Counted from the first letter of the stretch, positions 9,101-17,532 are shown. The stretch is DNA of 64,000 bases from Vicinamibacterales bacterium (GCA_963782595.1 CAWAKJ010000002.1:1385564-1449563); one strand, 5' to 3'. Numbers and translations: made by a program. The notes: generated by a model from the letters alone, not told the origin.

Positions 9101-11020
9101 CTCGGCGCCTGGAAGGCCATAGCCACTAATTTCCGGGACGACGCGGCGATAGGTGCCGCAATCGAGACGTGGGCGTCGAGGGAGAAGTACGTGGGCCTCG
9201 AGCTCAGTCACGCAGCGCTAGTGACCAGGCCAGACACAATAAAGTCGATCCTCGTTCGGGGGCTGAGTGGGAGTTTTCCGCATTGGCCGGTGAAAGCTCT
9301 TCTGGATGGATGGGGTATGGGCGACGAGGAGGTATCGGCAGCCTTGATCCGAGTCGCCCTTGGGGCCGCTGACCGCGCTACGAACATCGCGACTGAGATA
9401 CCACGAATTCTCGTCGACCAAGCTCACGCTCGCGCCCGATTGCTCGAACTCATCGCTGACCCAAAGTGTGACCGCCCAGACTTTGTAATCAAGGGACTCG
9501 CGTCCTTAACGTCGCGAGGTGATGAAGCTGAGTTGGCGGATAAGTGTCTGCGACGTCTGGGTTCGGACGAGCCATCGGGAGCACTCGTAGACGGAGGTGC
9601 GGACCAACTAATCGAGTTTTTCGGAAATGACTCCGCCGTGCGCGCCTACGCGGTCAAGTCGCTGGATTGGCGGCAACCGCCCCTGGCAGCTGCTGCCGTT
9701 GCACTTGCAGATATTCCTGAAGCCCGCCTATCGATTGTCGACCGAATTGGACATCTACCGACGCTCCTGCGCCGACAGATCGTAGAGGGACTATCGACCT
9801 CAACGGACGAGGAGTTCGCGCAGTCCGTATTGCATTCGTACGACGTCGAGGCGAATGGCGAGCTCAAAACGTCGGCCGCCGTTGCCTATTTCAGCCGCAT
9901 TGACCCCGGCACCGTACTGGCGTCCACAGCTGCCGAGCGGCTTGGCCGAAATCTCAGGGTCGTAGGGCCCGATTATGATGAACGCCGCCAAGCGGCTTTT
10001 GCGGCACTGACAACTATTAAACGGTTGGATGTGATGGTTCCGTTGACTGAGCACATTGGCGAGGTTCGGCCGCTCGCAATCAGTCTGGGGCATCATCACC
10101 AGCCGAACCTGCCACTTTTAAGGGTGATCGCCCAGAACTGGCAATCGATAAAAGACGCGTTCGGCGATAGCGCATCCAGTCGGCTGGCCGGCCACTTATC
10201 GGCTCCATTCTGGCAGAGTATGGCGCTGGTTGCCCGCGAGTCCATAGATGTTCGGGATGCTCTCCTCGAAGCTGTAAACGGCGATTCCAAGCTCGCAAGG
10301 ACGCCGGAAGTTCTTCTTCTGCGCGCCAACATCCAGCCACGATCACTTGCCCTGCGCGATGCTTGCATCAATGCGTTGGACGAGAGCGGCCGCCAACAAT
10401 GGGAGTTTGATTCAGTAGACGAGGCCGCAGATATTTTGGGTGAGCAGTTCGGAGCTGACTCGGAAACCCTGTCATTGCTTAAGAAACTCGATCCGTCATT
10501 TCGCAATCAGGGCGTCATCCTATCGCTATGTGCGGGATGGCCAGAGAGCCCTGAACTCGCCAGCGTATTCGAGGCATTCACCGGAGGCGATCGTCATCTG
10601 GCCCTCAACTACCCAACGATGTTCGCTCTGAAGTACACGTGCACGCCTGCCGGCGATCTGGTCAAGACGCTCGATGACGATCTCAGAAGAGGCACACAAT
10701 TCATTCTGCCGCTCATGGTCAAACCGATACGGCGACGGCTCGCGAGAGATCGCGACGCGCAGGAGGCTTTTGAGAGCGTAATCAACGACGATGCATCGCC
10801 GACTGCCAAAGCCACGACGATACGGCTGTTGGCGATAGCTGCGGGCCTTAATGATCAGCTGAGAGCGTGGTCGGAACTCGAGGTGCGGCGGCAGCTCGCA
10901 CAGGTACCCGCCCCAGAATTAGCTTTCGACCTTATCTCAAACAGCGTACGCGCCCTAGCTGATTCGCTGCTGGACGCTCTCTCAGGCCCGAGTGCAGGCC
11001 GTCTGATGTCATCGAGCTGA
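6167..11020 (+). CDS. NACHT/STAND NTPase with N-terminal PD-(D/E)xK (Mrr-like) nuclease and long helical-repeat C-terminus; probable NLR-like antiphage protein
   Basis: N-terminal WEDFERLC...QEGIDLY...YQCKR; Walker A GAPGSGKS; Walker B LLLVDGIDE; VTSRP; PLLLLL; FIHRSFQEYLAA. Start uncertain (ATG 6167 chosen; the ORF is open from 5603). Confidence 0.85.
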   Translation: MPPTQSVDPPVQTLAQTLPVAALRWEDFERLCLRLARLNASVEYCQLYGVRGQKQEGIDLYARSNGGGDYAVYQCKRVARFGPGAIESAVRAFRRGTWFERASALYICTSDDGSKVRTVEEFERQQRALRRHGKSLVLWDVGELSRALKNEPLIVDDFFGRHWTNAFCGEPAATALGGRLDAAAVVAFRSRLRSFYTDVFNGHDPGIPIPPRPGKAPIPLQERYVLPDVLVSQIVRSSTSSREPSEIALSSQPDRRSATAAPSIQREREQLTTWLAKADHSIILGAPGSGKSSFLRYLALDLLCDEPQFEELAHRWGQRLPVWIPFAFWCQQVSSGAEPSLRECVRRWLSQWSMNELFPLVDAAIQDHRLLLLVDGIDEWTSEDAGRIVSHLLQGFATLHRAAVVVTSRPYGLQRISFTGASWQVAELAPLSARQREELCRQWFLLKATRDVSEREEIASASATYATREAERLTAELARSSELAPLSTVPLLLLLLIFMRFQRTALPRGRFDAYDGMLDHVLREHPKAKRVAASITDDGDLLDEVSTRQALANLAFVVQREHPDGVIADAQFELVVHAFLTDRADTGLGLSPVEANRYLPQFSRLAEGTLGVLIRQGTHDLSFIHRSFQEYLAAEHLARLPVATQEQILESHCRVPQWREVILGLFSKMSRPDDVRRLVEVIEPHSDESVSGLAVRELLAEIAFGEFGVPPDVVDRVTAEALTRIERHFWLPHRQRLLTSALDGLRSTRLRERVHRRIRRWVFDRGVWSDWSDPMSRWPYDENVVSGLISALHSESAHIQRGASRALAGLATNVPAVGDIMASLATAAASPLARAAALNGLHQGWPAHLQLDSAIKHARESICGELRLTAIGALVHRAEHVERDLEELLALGDHDNQWELDYAWRSDVAELLTLGWPANPRLKEICLKATNRWMTSDGRLERKIAWEVLLRAFPGDLDVSQRCVDEINHEDHPFSGAHLGAWKAIATNFRDDAAIGAAIETWASREKYVGLELSHAALVTRPDTIKSILVRGLSGSFPHWPVKALLDGWGMGDEEVSAALIRVALGAADRATNIATEIPRILVDQAHARARLLELIADPKCDRPDFVIKGLASLTSRGDEAELADKCLRRLGSDEPSGALVDGGADQLIEFFGNDSAVRAYAVKSLDWRQPPLAAAAVALADIPEARLSIVDRIGHLPTLLRRQIVEGLSTSTDEEFAQSVLHSYDVEANGELKTSAAVAYFSRIDPGTVLASTAAERLGRNLRVVGPDYDERRQAAFAALTTIKRLDVMVPLTEHIGEVRPLAISLGHHHQPNLPLLRVIAQNWQSIKDAFGDSASSRLAGHLSAPFWQSMALVARESIDVRDALLEAVNGDSKLARTPEVLLLRANIQPRSLALRDACINALDESGRQQWEFDSVDEAADILGEQFGADSETLSLLKKLDPSFRNQGVILSLCAGWPESPELASVFEAFTGGDRHLALNYPTMFALKYTCTPAGDLVKTLDDDLRRGTQFILPLMVKPIRRRLARDRDAQEAFESVINDDASPTAKATTIRLLAIAAGLNDQLRAWSELEVRRQLAQVPAPELAFDLISNSVRALADSLLDALSGPSAGRLMSSS

Positions 11021-11165
11021 AAGGCATTGTTTCCCGGGGATCTGTGGCCGCGAACTGGTGGTCAAGAGAGCGGACGTAGATCGAGGAGTAGATTGTGATG
11101 GCTCTGCTATTTTGTGTCTTCACGACTGTCCGAATTCTGTGATTACCGCAGCGCGCGGAGCGGAT

Positions 11166-11306
11166 TTACTGCAAGGGGCTGCCGCTATCGTAGACGCAAA
11201 ACACCTCGCTTTCCGGCCCGCGCAGGCGTCGTCCGTGTTGAATCGGCTCCTCTTCGTAATTCACGCCTACGCTGTCTAGAAAGCTCTTGAGATCCTCGAT
11301 TTTCAT
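11166..11306 (-). pseudogene. 46-aa ORF resembling the N-terminus of predicted nucleotide-binding/TIR-like domain proteins; probably truncated
   Basis: GGAGG upstream; MKIEDLKSFLDSVGVNYEEEPIQHGRRLRGPESEVFCVYDSGSPLQ*; family resemblance from memory only. Confidence 0.4.
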
Positions 11307-11455
11307 CGTGTTTGCCAGCCTCCGTCAGATGTGCGCGCCAAGCGGCACGCATCGTAGCATGTGCGTCATCAAATGCTGGTGATCGAAACCTGTCGAGGTC
11401 GAGAAGGTTGCGCTGCTGGACGACAGGGTACCGGGCGTCGACCACTGGAGCGGGC

Positions 11456-11490
11456 AAAAAAAAGGGCTACGGCGTTGCCGCAACCCTTTT
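11456..11490 (-). terminator. Intrinsic terminator downstream of tRNA-Val
   Basis: Minus strand GGGTTGCGGC-AAC-GCCGTAGCCC followed by T8. Confidence 0.8.
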
Positions 11491-11533
11491 CAACCAGCCG
11501 TTGCAAATTCGTTGCAAACTGATCGGCGAAAGC

Positions 11534-11608
11534 TGGTGGGCGCTAGTGGATTCGAACCACTGACCCCCGCCGTGTGAAGGCGATGCTCTACCGCTGAGCC
11601 AAGCGCCC
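11534..11608 (-). tRNA. tRNA-Val(CAC)
   Basis: GGGCGCTTGGCTCAGCGGTAGAGCATCGCCTTCACACGGCGGGGGTCAGTGGTTCGAATCCACTAGCGCCCACCA; cloverleaf, anticodon CAC, encoded CCA. Confidence 0.95.
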
Positions 11609-11638
11609 AACCTTCGGAACGAATAATTTTAGCCTAAA

Positions 11639-12262
11639 TCAACACGTCCCATACAACCGATCGCCGAAGTCGCCGAGGCCGGGCAGGATGTATTTCTGCG
11701 CGTTCAGCTCGCGATCGACGACTGGAGTGTAGATCTCGACATCGGGGTGCGTTTTTTCGACGAGCGCGATGCCTTCTGGCGCGGCGACGATGCAGACAAT
11801 GCGCACGGTATTCGCGCCAGCCTTCTTCAGTACATCCAGGGCGGCAACCGCGCTGCCGCCCGTCGCCAGCATCGGATCGACGAGCACCACATAACTCGAC
11901 GGCAGGTTGTCTGGAAGCTTTGCGTAGTACTGCGACGCGACGGCGGTCGATTCGTCGCGCTGCAGGCCGATGTGACCGACCCGCGCCGACGGCAGGAGCT
12001 GCAACACTGCGTCGAGCATGCCCAATCCCGCTCGCAATACCGGCACGACGACCACGTCGCGCGCCACACGGCGTCCTTCGGCTCGTTCGAGCGGCGTCTG
12101 GACGACAGCCCGCTCGGTTGGCAGGTCGCGCAGCGCCTCGGCGACCAGCAGCACGCTGATGCGGTTGGCAATCTGGCGAAACGCTTCGGTTTCGGTATTG
12201 GTGTCGCGAAGCTGGCTGAGTGCGTCGTGAATCAGCGGATGCGGCACGATGTGCACGGGCAT
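11639..12262 (-). CDS. upp: Uracil phosphoribosyltransferase
   Basis: HPLI..LRD, PVLRAGLGM, VDPMLATGGSA, YILPGLGDFGDRLYGT. Confidence 0.97.
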   Translation of the reverse strand: MPVHIVPHPLIHDALSQLRDTNTETEAFRQIANRISVLLVAEALRDLPTERAVVQTPLERAEGRRVARDVVVVPVLRAGLGMLDAVLQLLPSARVGHIGLQRDESTAVASQYYAKLPDNLPSSYVVLVDPMLATGGSAVAALDVLKKAGANTVRIVCIVAAPEGIALVEKTHPDVEIYTPVVDRELNAQKYILPGLGDFGDRLYGTC

Positions 12263-12313
12263 GCGGAGTGACTATATACCAGCCTGCCTCGCCGTAGCGC
12301 GCAGCGCGCAGCC

Positions 12314-12344
12314 GGGGGATTTGGGATTAGGGATTGGGGATTAG
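12314..12344 (+). repeat. GGGATT(A/G) heptamer tandem array (four G-tracts)
   Basis: GGGGGATTTGGGATTAGGGATTGGGGATTAG; related arrays at 39924 and 55412. Confidence 0.85.
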
Positions 12345-12356
12345 TAGAATCGCCCG

Positions 12357-13772
12357 ATGAAACGCACCGGGCTGCTTGGTCTCGTTGTGATTGCGTCGGT
12401 TGTGGCGACGACCACCGCACAGAACGCTCCACGACAGGTCTCTCTCGTGATTTCGGGCGGCGCGGTCGTGACCGTTGACGGCGCCCGCAACATCTACGAC
12501 CCCGGCTCGGTCGCGATTGACGGTACGACCATCGTCGCAGTCGGCCCGGCGACGGACATCGCCGCGCGCTTCAAGGCGGCCGACGAGATCCAGGCGACGG
12601 GCTCTATCGTCATCCCGGGCCTCATCAATACACACACGCACGCGCCGATGGTGCTCTACCGCGGCCTCGCCGACGACCTGCGGCTCCAGGAATGGCTCGA
12701 GAAGTACATCTTTCCTGCTGAAGCGAAGACGGTTTCTCGAGAGATGGTGCGCGCCGGCACTCGACTGGCTGCCCTCGAAATGATTCAGTCGGGCACCACG
12801 GTCTATGCCGACATGTACTACTTCGAGGAAGAGATCGCGCGAACCACAAAGGCGGTGGGCATGAGGGGCGTGCTGGGCCAGACGATCATTCAGTTTCCAG
12901 TGCCAGACGCCAGGACGCCACAGGAAGGGCTGGCACGAACCGAGGCTTTTCTCAAGGAGTTTGCCAACGACGACTTGATCGTTCCAGCCGTGGCGCCACA
13001 CTCGCCCTACACGCTCGATTCGAAGACGCTGCTGTCCTCGCGCGCGCTGGCCGCCAAATACGGGGCGCCGGTGTTGATTCATGTCGCCGAGACGGAAACC
13101 GAGCTGGGCACTTCGAAGAAAGAGCATTCAGGGCTGACGCCGGTCGGATATCTTCAGGCGATCGGGTTCTTCGGCCCGCGCACAGTCATCAAGCACGGCG
13201 TGTGGGTCGACGCCGCGGATATGAAGATTCTGAAGAGCCATGAGTCTGCTGTTTCACACAATCCGGAAAGCAATATGAAGCTCGCGAGCGGCATTGCTCC
13301 TGTGCCCGAGTATCTCGCCAACGGCATCACGGTAGGGCTGGGCACCGATGGGGCTGCGAGCAACAACGACCTCGACATGTTCGAGGCGATGCGCGTTGCG
13401 GCGTTGCTGCATAAGGTGAAAACCGGCGATCCCCGGGCCGTGCCGGCCACGACGGCGCTGGCGATGGCCACCATCAACGGCGCGAGGGCGTTGGGGCTGG
13501 AGAGACTCATCGGCTCGATCGAAGCGGGGAAGCGCGCCGACCTGGCGATCGTCTCGACGGCGAGCGCGCGGATGACGCCGATGTACGATCCGGTGTCGCA
13601 TCTCGTCTATGCGGCCCACGGCGGAGATGTGCGGACGGTGATGGTGAACGGCCGCGTTCTGATGCGCGACCGGAAGATGTTGACGCTCGACGAGCCGGCG
13701 GTACTCGCGGAGGCGCGCAAGCTGGCCAATGCTGTACGCTCGGCTGTCGGGATTACTCCTGAACGCCGATGA
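12357..13772 (+). CDS. Amidohydrolase, MtaD/SsnA-like (MTA/SAH or nucleoside deaminase) with signal peptide
   Basis: PGLINTHTH, ADMYY, APHSPY, HVAET, HNPESNMKLASG, GLGTDGAASNN; N-terminus MKRTGLLGLVVIASVVATTTA. Confidence 0.85.
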   Translation: MKRTGLLGLVVIASVVATTTAQNAPRQVSLVISGGAVVTVDGARNIYDPGSVAIDGTTIVAVGPATDIAARFKAADEIQATGSIVIPGLINTHTHAPMVLYRGLADDLRLQEWLEKYIFPAEAKTVSREMVRAGTRLAALEMIQSGTTVYADMYYFEEEIARTTKAVGMRGVLGQTIIQFPVPDARTPQEGLARTEAFLKEFANDDLIVPAVAPHSPYTLDSKTLLSSRALAAKYGAPVLIHVAETETELGTSKKEHSGLTPVGYLQAIGFFGPRTVIKHGVWVDAADMKILKSHESAVSHNPESNMKLASGIAPVPEYLANGITVGLGTDGAASNNDLDMFEAMRVAALLHKVKTGDPRAVPATTALAMATINGARALGLERLIGSIEAGKRADLAIVSTASARMTPMYDPVSHLVYAAHGGDVRTVMVNGRVLMRDRKMLTLDEPAVLAEARKLANAVRSAVGITPERR

Positions 13773-14265
13773 AGGGCAGATGCCTGAACTGTCCGGCGTG
13801 ATCGAGGCCATAGCCGACCACGAACTTGTCCTCGATCTCGAATCCGATGTATTCCACTTTCACGTCCACCTTGCGCCGGCTCGGCTTGCTGAGGAGGCAC
13901 GCCGTGCGGAGGGATTTCGGGTCGCGCGCGCGGAGCACGTCCTGCAGGTAGTTCAATGTCAGGCCCGTATCGACGATGTCTTCGACGATAATGACGTCGC
14001 GGCCCTGGAGCGGCGCGTCGAGGTCTTTGAGCAGTCGAACCTCGCCGGAGCTCTTCGTGGCTGCGCCGTAGCTCGAGACGGCGATGAAGTCGAGTGTCAC
14101 CGGACGTGGAGCAATCGCACGCGCGAGATCGGAAAGAAAGATGAACGCGCCTTTCAGCACGGCAACGAAGTGGAGCGCGTCACCATCGGGATAGGCGGCA
14201 TTGATCTCTGAGGCCAGCGTCGCGATGCGTTGTTGAATCTGTTCTGCAGTGAAAAGGGTCGTCAC
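13753..14265 (-). CDS. hpt: Hypoxanthine phosphoribosyltransferase
   Basis: VLKGAFIFLSDL, SSYG, IIVEDIVDTGLTL, FVVGYGLD; GTG start at 14265 inferred. Confidence 0.95.
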   Translation of the reverse strand: MTTLFTAEQIQQRIATLASEINAAYPDGDALHFVAVLKGAFIFLSDLARAIAPRPVTLDFIAVSSYGAATKSSGEVRLLKDLDAPLQGRDVIIVEDIVDTGLTLNYLQDVLRARDPKSLRTACLLSKPSRRKVDVKVEYIGFEIEDKFVVGYGLDHAGQFRHLPFIGVQE

Positions 14266-14283
14266 AGTGGCGCGAACGATAAC

Positions 14284-14913
14284 ATGAAACGGTTCGAGAT
14301 CATCACCGAGGCCGACGCGCGCGTGCTTGAGTTCGGCGAAACGGTTGCGCTGCGCCCGGGCGGCCACGTGACGCCGCTCGCGGCCGATACGTTGAAAGCC
14401 CGGCGCGTGACGGTCGTGGCCGAAAATCTGCTCGATCGGGCAGAAGAGGACCTCGCGCCGGTTTCCGACATCAGACGACTCGCGATCGGCAGCGATCACA
14501 GCGGGCTGGCGTTAAAAGCGACGATCGTCGCAGCTTTACGGGCGAGGGGCATCGCCGTTAACGATCTGGGCACGCTTACGTCCGAGCCGGTTGACTACCC
14601 GGACACGTCGGCTCGCGTGGCCAGGTCCGTCGCACGCGGCGAGGCCGACGCGGGCATCGTTATCGACGGGGCAGGGATCGGGTCGGCCATTGTGGCCAAC
14701 AAGATTGCCGGTGTCAGAGCCGCAGTGTGCCACGACACGACGATGGCCCGCTATGCGCGTCAGCATAACGGCGCCAATGTGTTGAGCCTCGGATCGACGC
14801 TGATCCAGCCGAAGGATGCGCTCGACGTCATCAGCGTGTGGCTGTCAACGCCGATGAAGGAACCGAGGTACATACGGAGGCTGGCGAAGATACGGGCGTT
14901 GGAACGAGCCTGA
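14284..14913 (+). CDS. rpiB: Ribose-5-phosphate isomerase B with ~55-aa N-terminal extension
   Basis: AIGSDHSG, VDYPD, DGAGIGSAIVANKIAGVRAA, ARQHNGANVL. Confidence 0.9.
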   Translation: MKRFEIITEADARVLEFGETVALRPGGHVTPLAADTLKARRVTVVAENLLDRAEEDLAPVSDIRRLAIGSDHSGLALKATIVAALRARGIAVNDLGTLTSEPVDYPDTSARVARSVARGEADAGIVIDGAGIGSAIVANKIAGVRAAVCHDTTMARYARQHNGANVLSLGSTLIQPKDALDVISVWLSTPMKEPRYIRRLAKIRALERA

Positions 14914-14986
14914 TCGGAAGATTCGCCGAGCGCCCAAGGGCGCGAGGTACAGGTCGCGGGGGTGGGGCCCCGCGACAAACTAAAAA

Positions 14987-15877
14987 ATGAACTGGGCTGA
15001 TTTACAACGCATCATCGCAGAAGAAGTCGCCGCGGCGCTGGCGCGCGGCCGGACGCGCACGTGTGAATGTCATGCCGTCCTCTACGACTGCTGTCCGGAT
15101 CGCGTTCAGGGCGTCATCGATGCCGGCGCGTCGCGCCTGGGTCTGTACGCGGGCGAAAAAGTGCCGTCGGGCGTTGCGGGTCTTATCGATCACACCCTTC
15201 TGAAAGCTGACGCGTCGCGCCAGGAGATCGAGAAGCTCTGCAAGGAGGCGCGCGACTTCGGGTTCGCAACCGTTTGTGTCAACCCGACCTGGGTATCGCT
15301 CGCGTCGCGACTGCTGCATGGGTCTTCGGCCGGCGTGTGCACGGTTGTCGGATTTCCGCTCGGCGCGACGACGACCGATGTGAAGCAGTTCGAGACCCGC
15401 CGCGTCATCTACGACGGCGCGAACGAAGTAGACATGGTGATCAACGTCGGCGCACTCAAATCGGGCGATCTCGCGGTCGTCGAGCGCGACATCGGGGCGG
15501 TTGTTGGTGCGTGCAGGGACTGCGGCGTGCTGAGCAAGGTCATCATCGAAGCGGCGCTGCTGACCGACGAGGAAAAGGTGACGGCGTGCTCGTTGTCGAA
15601 AGCCGCCGGGGCCGACTACGTCAAGACGTCGACGGGTTTTGGTCCGGGCGGTGCGACGGTCGCCGACGTCGCCTTGATGCGTCGCGTGGTGGGACCGGAG
15701 ATTGGCGTCAAGGCGGCCGGTGGCGTGCGCGACTACGAGACGCTGAAGAACCTCGTGAGCGCCGGCGCCAGCCGCGTGGGTGCGAGTGCCGGAGTCAAGA
15801 TTGTGCAGGAATCGAAGGGCGGTACCCAACCATCCGCCACGACGTCAAGCGCCGCTCCGCCAAAGTCGTCTTACTGA
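14987..15877 (+). CDS. deoC: Deoxyribose-phosphate aldolase with N-terminal extension
   Basis: [45 protein letters not shown]. Confidence 0.95.
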   Translation: MNWADLQRIIAEEVAAALARGRTRTCECHAVLYDCCPDRVQGVIDAGASRLGLYAGEKVPSGVAGLIDHTLLKADASRQEIEKLCKEARDFGFATVCVNPTWVSLASRLLHGSSAGVCTVVGFPLGATTTDVKQFETRRVIYDGANEVDMVINVGALKSGDLAVVERDIGAVVGACRDCGVLSKVIIEAALLTDEEKVTACSLSKAAGADYVKTSTGFGPGGATVADVALMRRVVGPEIGVKAAGGVRDYETLKNLVSAGASRVGASAGVKIVQESKGGTQPSATTSSAAPPKSSY

Positions 15878-15881
15878 GCGT

Positions 15882-15957
15882 CCGCCTTCGCGTCAGGCGC
15901 TTCGGCGCGACAACCTTCGCGTGGCTTGCCAACCGAAGTCGCGCAGCGAGCGAAGGT
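15882..15957. repeat. CCGCCTTCGC-family palindromic repeat between deoC and tRNA-Gly
   Basis: CCGCCTTCGCGTCAGGCGCTTCGGCGCGACAACCTTCGC...GCGAAGGTT; related sequences at 32415, 54299 and (reverse) 12281. Confidence 0.65.
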
Positions 15958-16031
15958 TGGAGCGGGGTACGGGAATCGGACCCGCCTAGCTGGCTTGGGA
16001 AGCCAGAGCATTACCACTATGCTAACCCCGC
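15958..16031 (-). tRNA. tRNA-Gly(CCC)
   Basis: GCGGGGTTAGCATAGTGGTAATGCTCTGGCTTCCCAAGCCAGCTAGGCGGGTCCGATTCCCGTACCCCGCTCCA; anticodon CCC; T-loop TCCGATT. Confidence 0.9.
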
Positions 16032-16166
16032 GAAAGCCCGTCGCTATTGATCGAAACCGCTATCCGACTATTCTCGACTGACCCTGAAAACCCCCAAATT
16101 GCACTCGTCGGGGATGTAAGTTTACACCGGCATTTACTCCGGCGGAAACCAGTAGTCGGTCGGTAG

Positions 16167-16379
16167 TCATGGGAGAGACCGGATTGCCTTCCGCCAGAAA
16201 TAGACTGCAAGCAAGGCGAAGATGACACCGAATCGTATCTCCCACCACACGATCCCGTCAGTCCATGATCCCTCAAAGAATCCATGACTCAGACTGTAGC
16301 CAATCAGGCCGGTCACGAGAAACAGTCCCGCCATTGCGGTTGTGCTGAAGGCTGCCGACAGAGGTGTTGTCCGTCTCAT
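16167..16379 (-). CDS. Small two-TM membrane protein
   Basis: Two hydrophobic segments with a basic C-terminus. Confidence 0.55.
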   Translation of the reverse strand: MRRTTPLSAAFSTTAMAGLFLVTGLIGYSLSHGFFEGSWTDGIVWWEIRFGVIFALLAVYFWRKAIRSLP

Positions 16380-16486
16380 TCGCCGTAACTCTGCGCCTTG
16401 GAACGCAATCTACTCGTGAGCGTTCCCGGACTATTCTGTAGTGTAGGTCCAACACAATGATGTGCGCCAGTTTTCGGAGGGCGAGC

Positions 16487-16843
16487 ATGGCGACGATTCA
16501 TAATCTGATGGCCGGACTCGGGGCAACGGCGGCAGTTGTGGCGTTGGTGAGTGTGTCGTCCAGCTCGGCCCAAAAGTCACCGGCGTGTGCGGAGCGTCGC
16601 AAACAGGCAATTCGCCTTGCGCGTCAGATCAACACTCTTGAGTTACAGCAGTCCGTCGCCAAGAAGGCGTTTCTGCCGTTGAGCGCGCTTGCCGGAGTAG
16701 TCGTGCCTGATGGTCTCACCGTTCAGTTGGTTCACAGCGCGTCTGAGTTCGTCTTTTCGATCAAGGACACTCAGCCGGACTGTGGGCTCGCCGTATTCTC
16801 GGATCAGAACTACCTAATTTACACCGCTCAACCACTGCAGTAA
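16487..16843 (+). CDS. Small secreted hypothetical protein
   Basis: GGAGG before ATG 16487; signal-peptide-like N-terminus; two Cys. Confidence 0.6.
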   Translation: MATIHNLMAGLGATAAVVALVSVSSSSAQKSPACAERRKQAIRLARQINTLELQQSVAKKAFLPLSALAGVVVPDGLTVQLVHSASEFVFSIKDTQPDCGLAVFSDQNYLIYTAQPLQ

Positions 16844-16849
16844 GCGCGC

Positions 16850-17098
16850 ATGACGCAAGTAAATCTTCTTAGGTTCCTGCCGCGGTGGAAGCCTATTCTT
16901 CGTATCGGTGGAATCGTCGCGGCTTGCGTCGGGCTTCTCTGCTTACCGCTTGGATTTGGTGTGAGCCCGAAGCGTGATCTCAGCGCCTTCAGCAGGATCG
17001 CGGATACGGGAGCCTTTGTGAAGATCGGCCTGGCGCTGATCTTCGGCGGTCTGCTAGCAGTATTCGTATCGCGATATGCGCCCGGCGATATGGAATAG
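16850..17098 (+). CDS. Small two-TM membrane protein
   Basis: Starts 6 bp after the previous gene; two hydrophobic helices. Confidence 0.5.
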   Translation: MTQVNLLRFLPRWKPILRIGGIVAACVGLLCLPLGFGVSPKRDLSAFSRIADTGAFVKIGLALIFGGLLAVFVSRYAPGDME

Positions 17099-17108
17099 CC
17101 CAAGGATG

Positions 17109-17312
17109 CTAGATTGGATTGAGCCACTCTTGCAGGGCGGGAATAGGACATGCGTCCGTGTGGTACTCGTCCAGCTCGCCACACAGCCTGCACTCCAGCA
17201 CGATACCTCTGTTGCTCTCGTTCGGTCGGACGACCGTGGCAACGCTCAAGAGTGCCACAACCGCATCCTCAACTACGGCATCCCGCTCGTTCCGCGTGTT
17301 CTGCTGTGCCAT
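17109..17312 (-). CDS. Small putative zinc-binding protein (CxxC-x6-H-x3-C)
   Basis: GGAGG RBS; CRLCGELDEYHTDACP. Confidence 0.6.
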   Translation of the reverse strand: MAQQNTRNERDAVVEDAVVALLSVATVVRPNESNRGIVLECRLCGELDEYHTDACPIPALQEWLNPI

Positions 17313-17532
17313 CGCTGGCGCACCTCCACCGGCGGTGGCGGAGCAAACTCAACGCCGCTTTTACGAGAATTGATGAACGGCAATCAGCCGGCGGCGAAAT
17401 CGAGATCTATCTGTGTGATAGGGAGAATATGGGCGTGGTGCGGATTCATGCCCGGGGCCAGATCGTTCTCAAAACGGCACACGCTGTTTCACGTGTGTGG
17501 AACACTCGGCACGTTCTGAAAGCTCGTAAGAA

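Larger units (their letters stand above)
5663..11533. mobile_element. Decayed tRNA-Val-associated integrative/defence island
   Basis: Integrase remnant at the left end, truncated neighbouring gene, NACHT cargo, tRNA-Val 3' end at the right end; no att duplicate seen. Confidence 0.6.
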
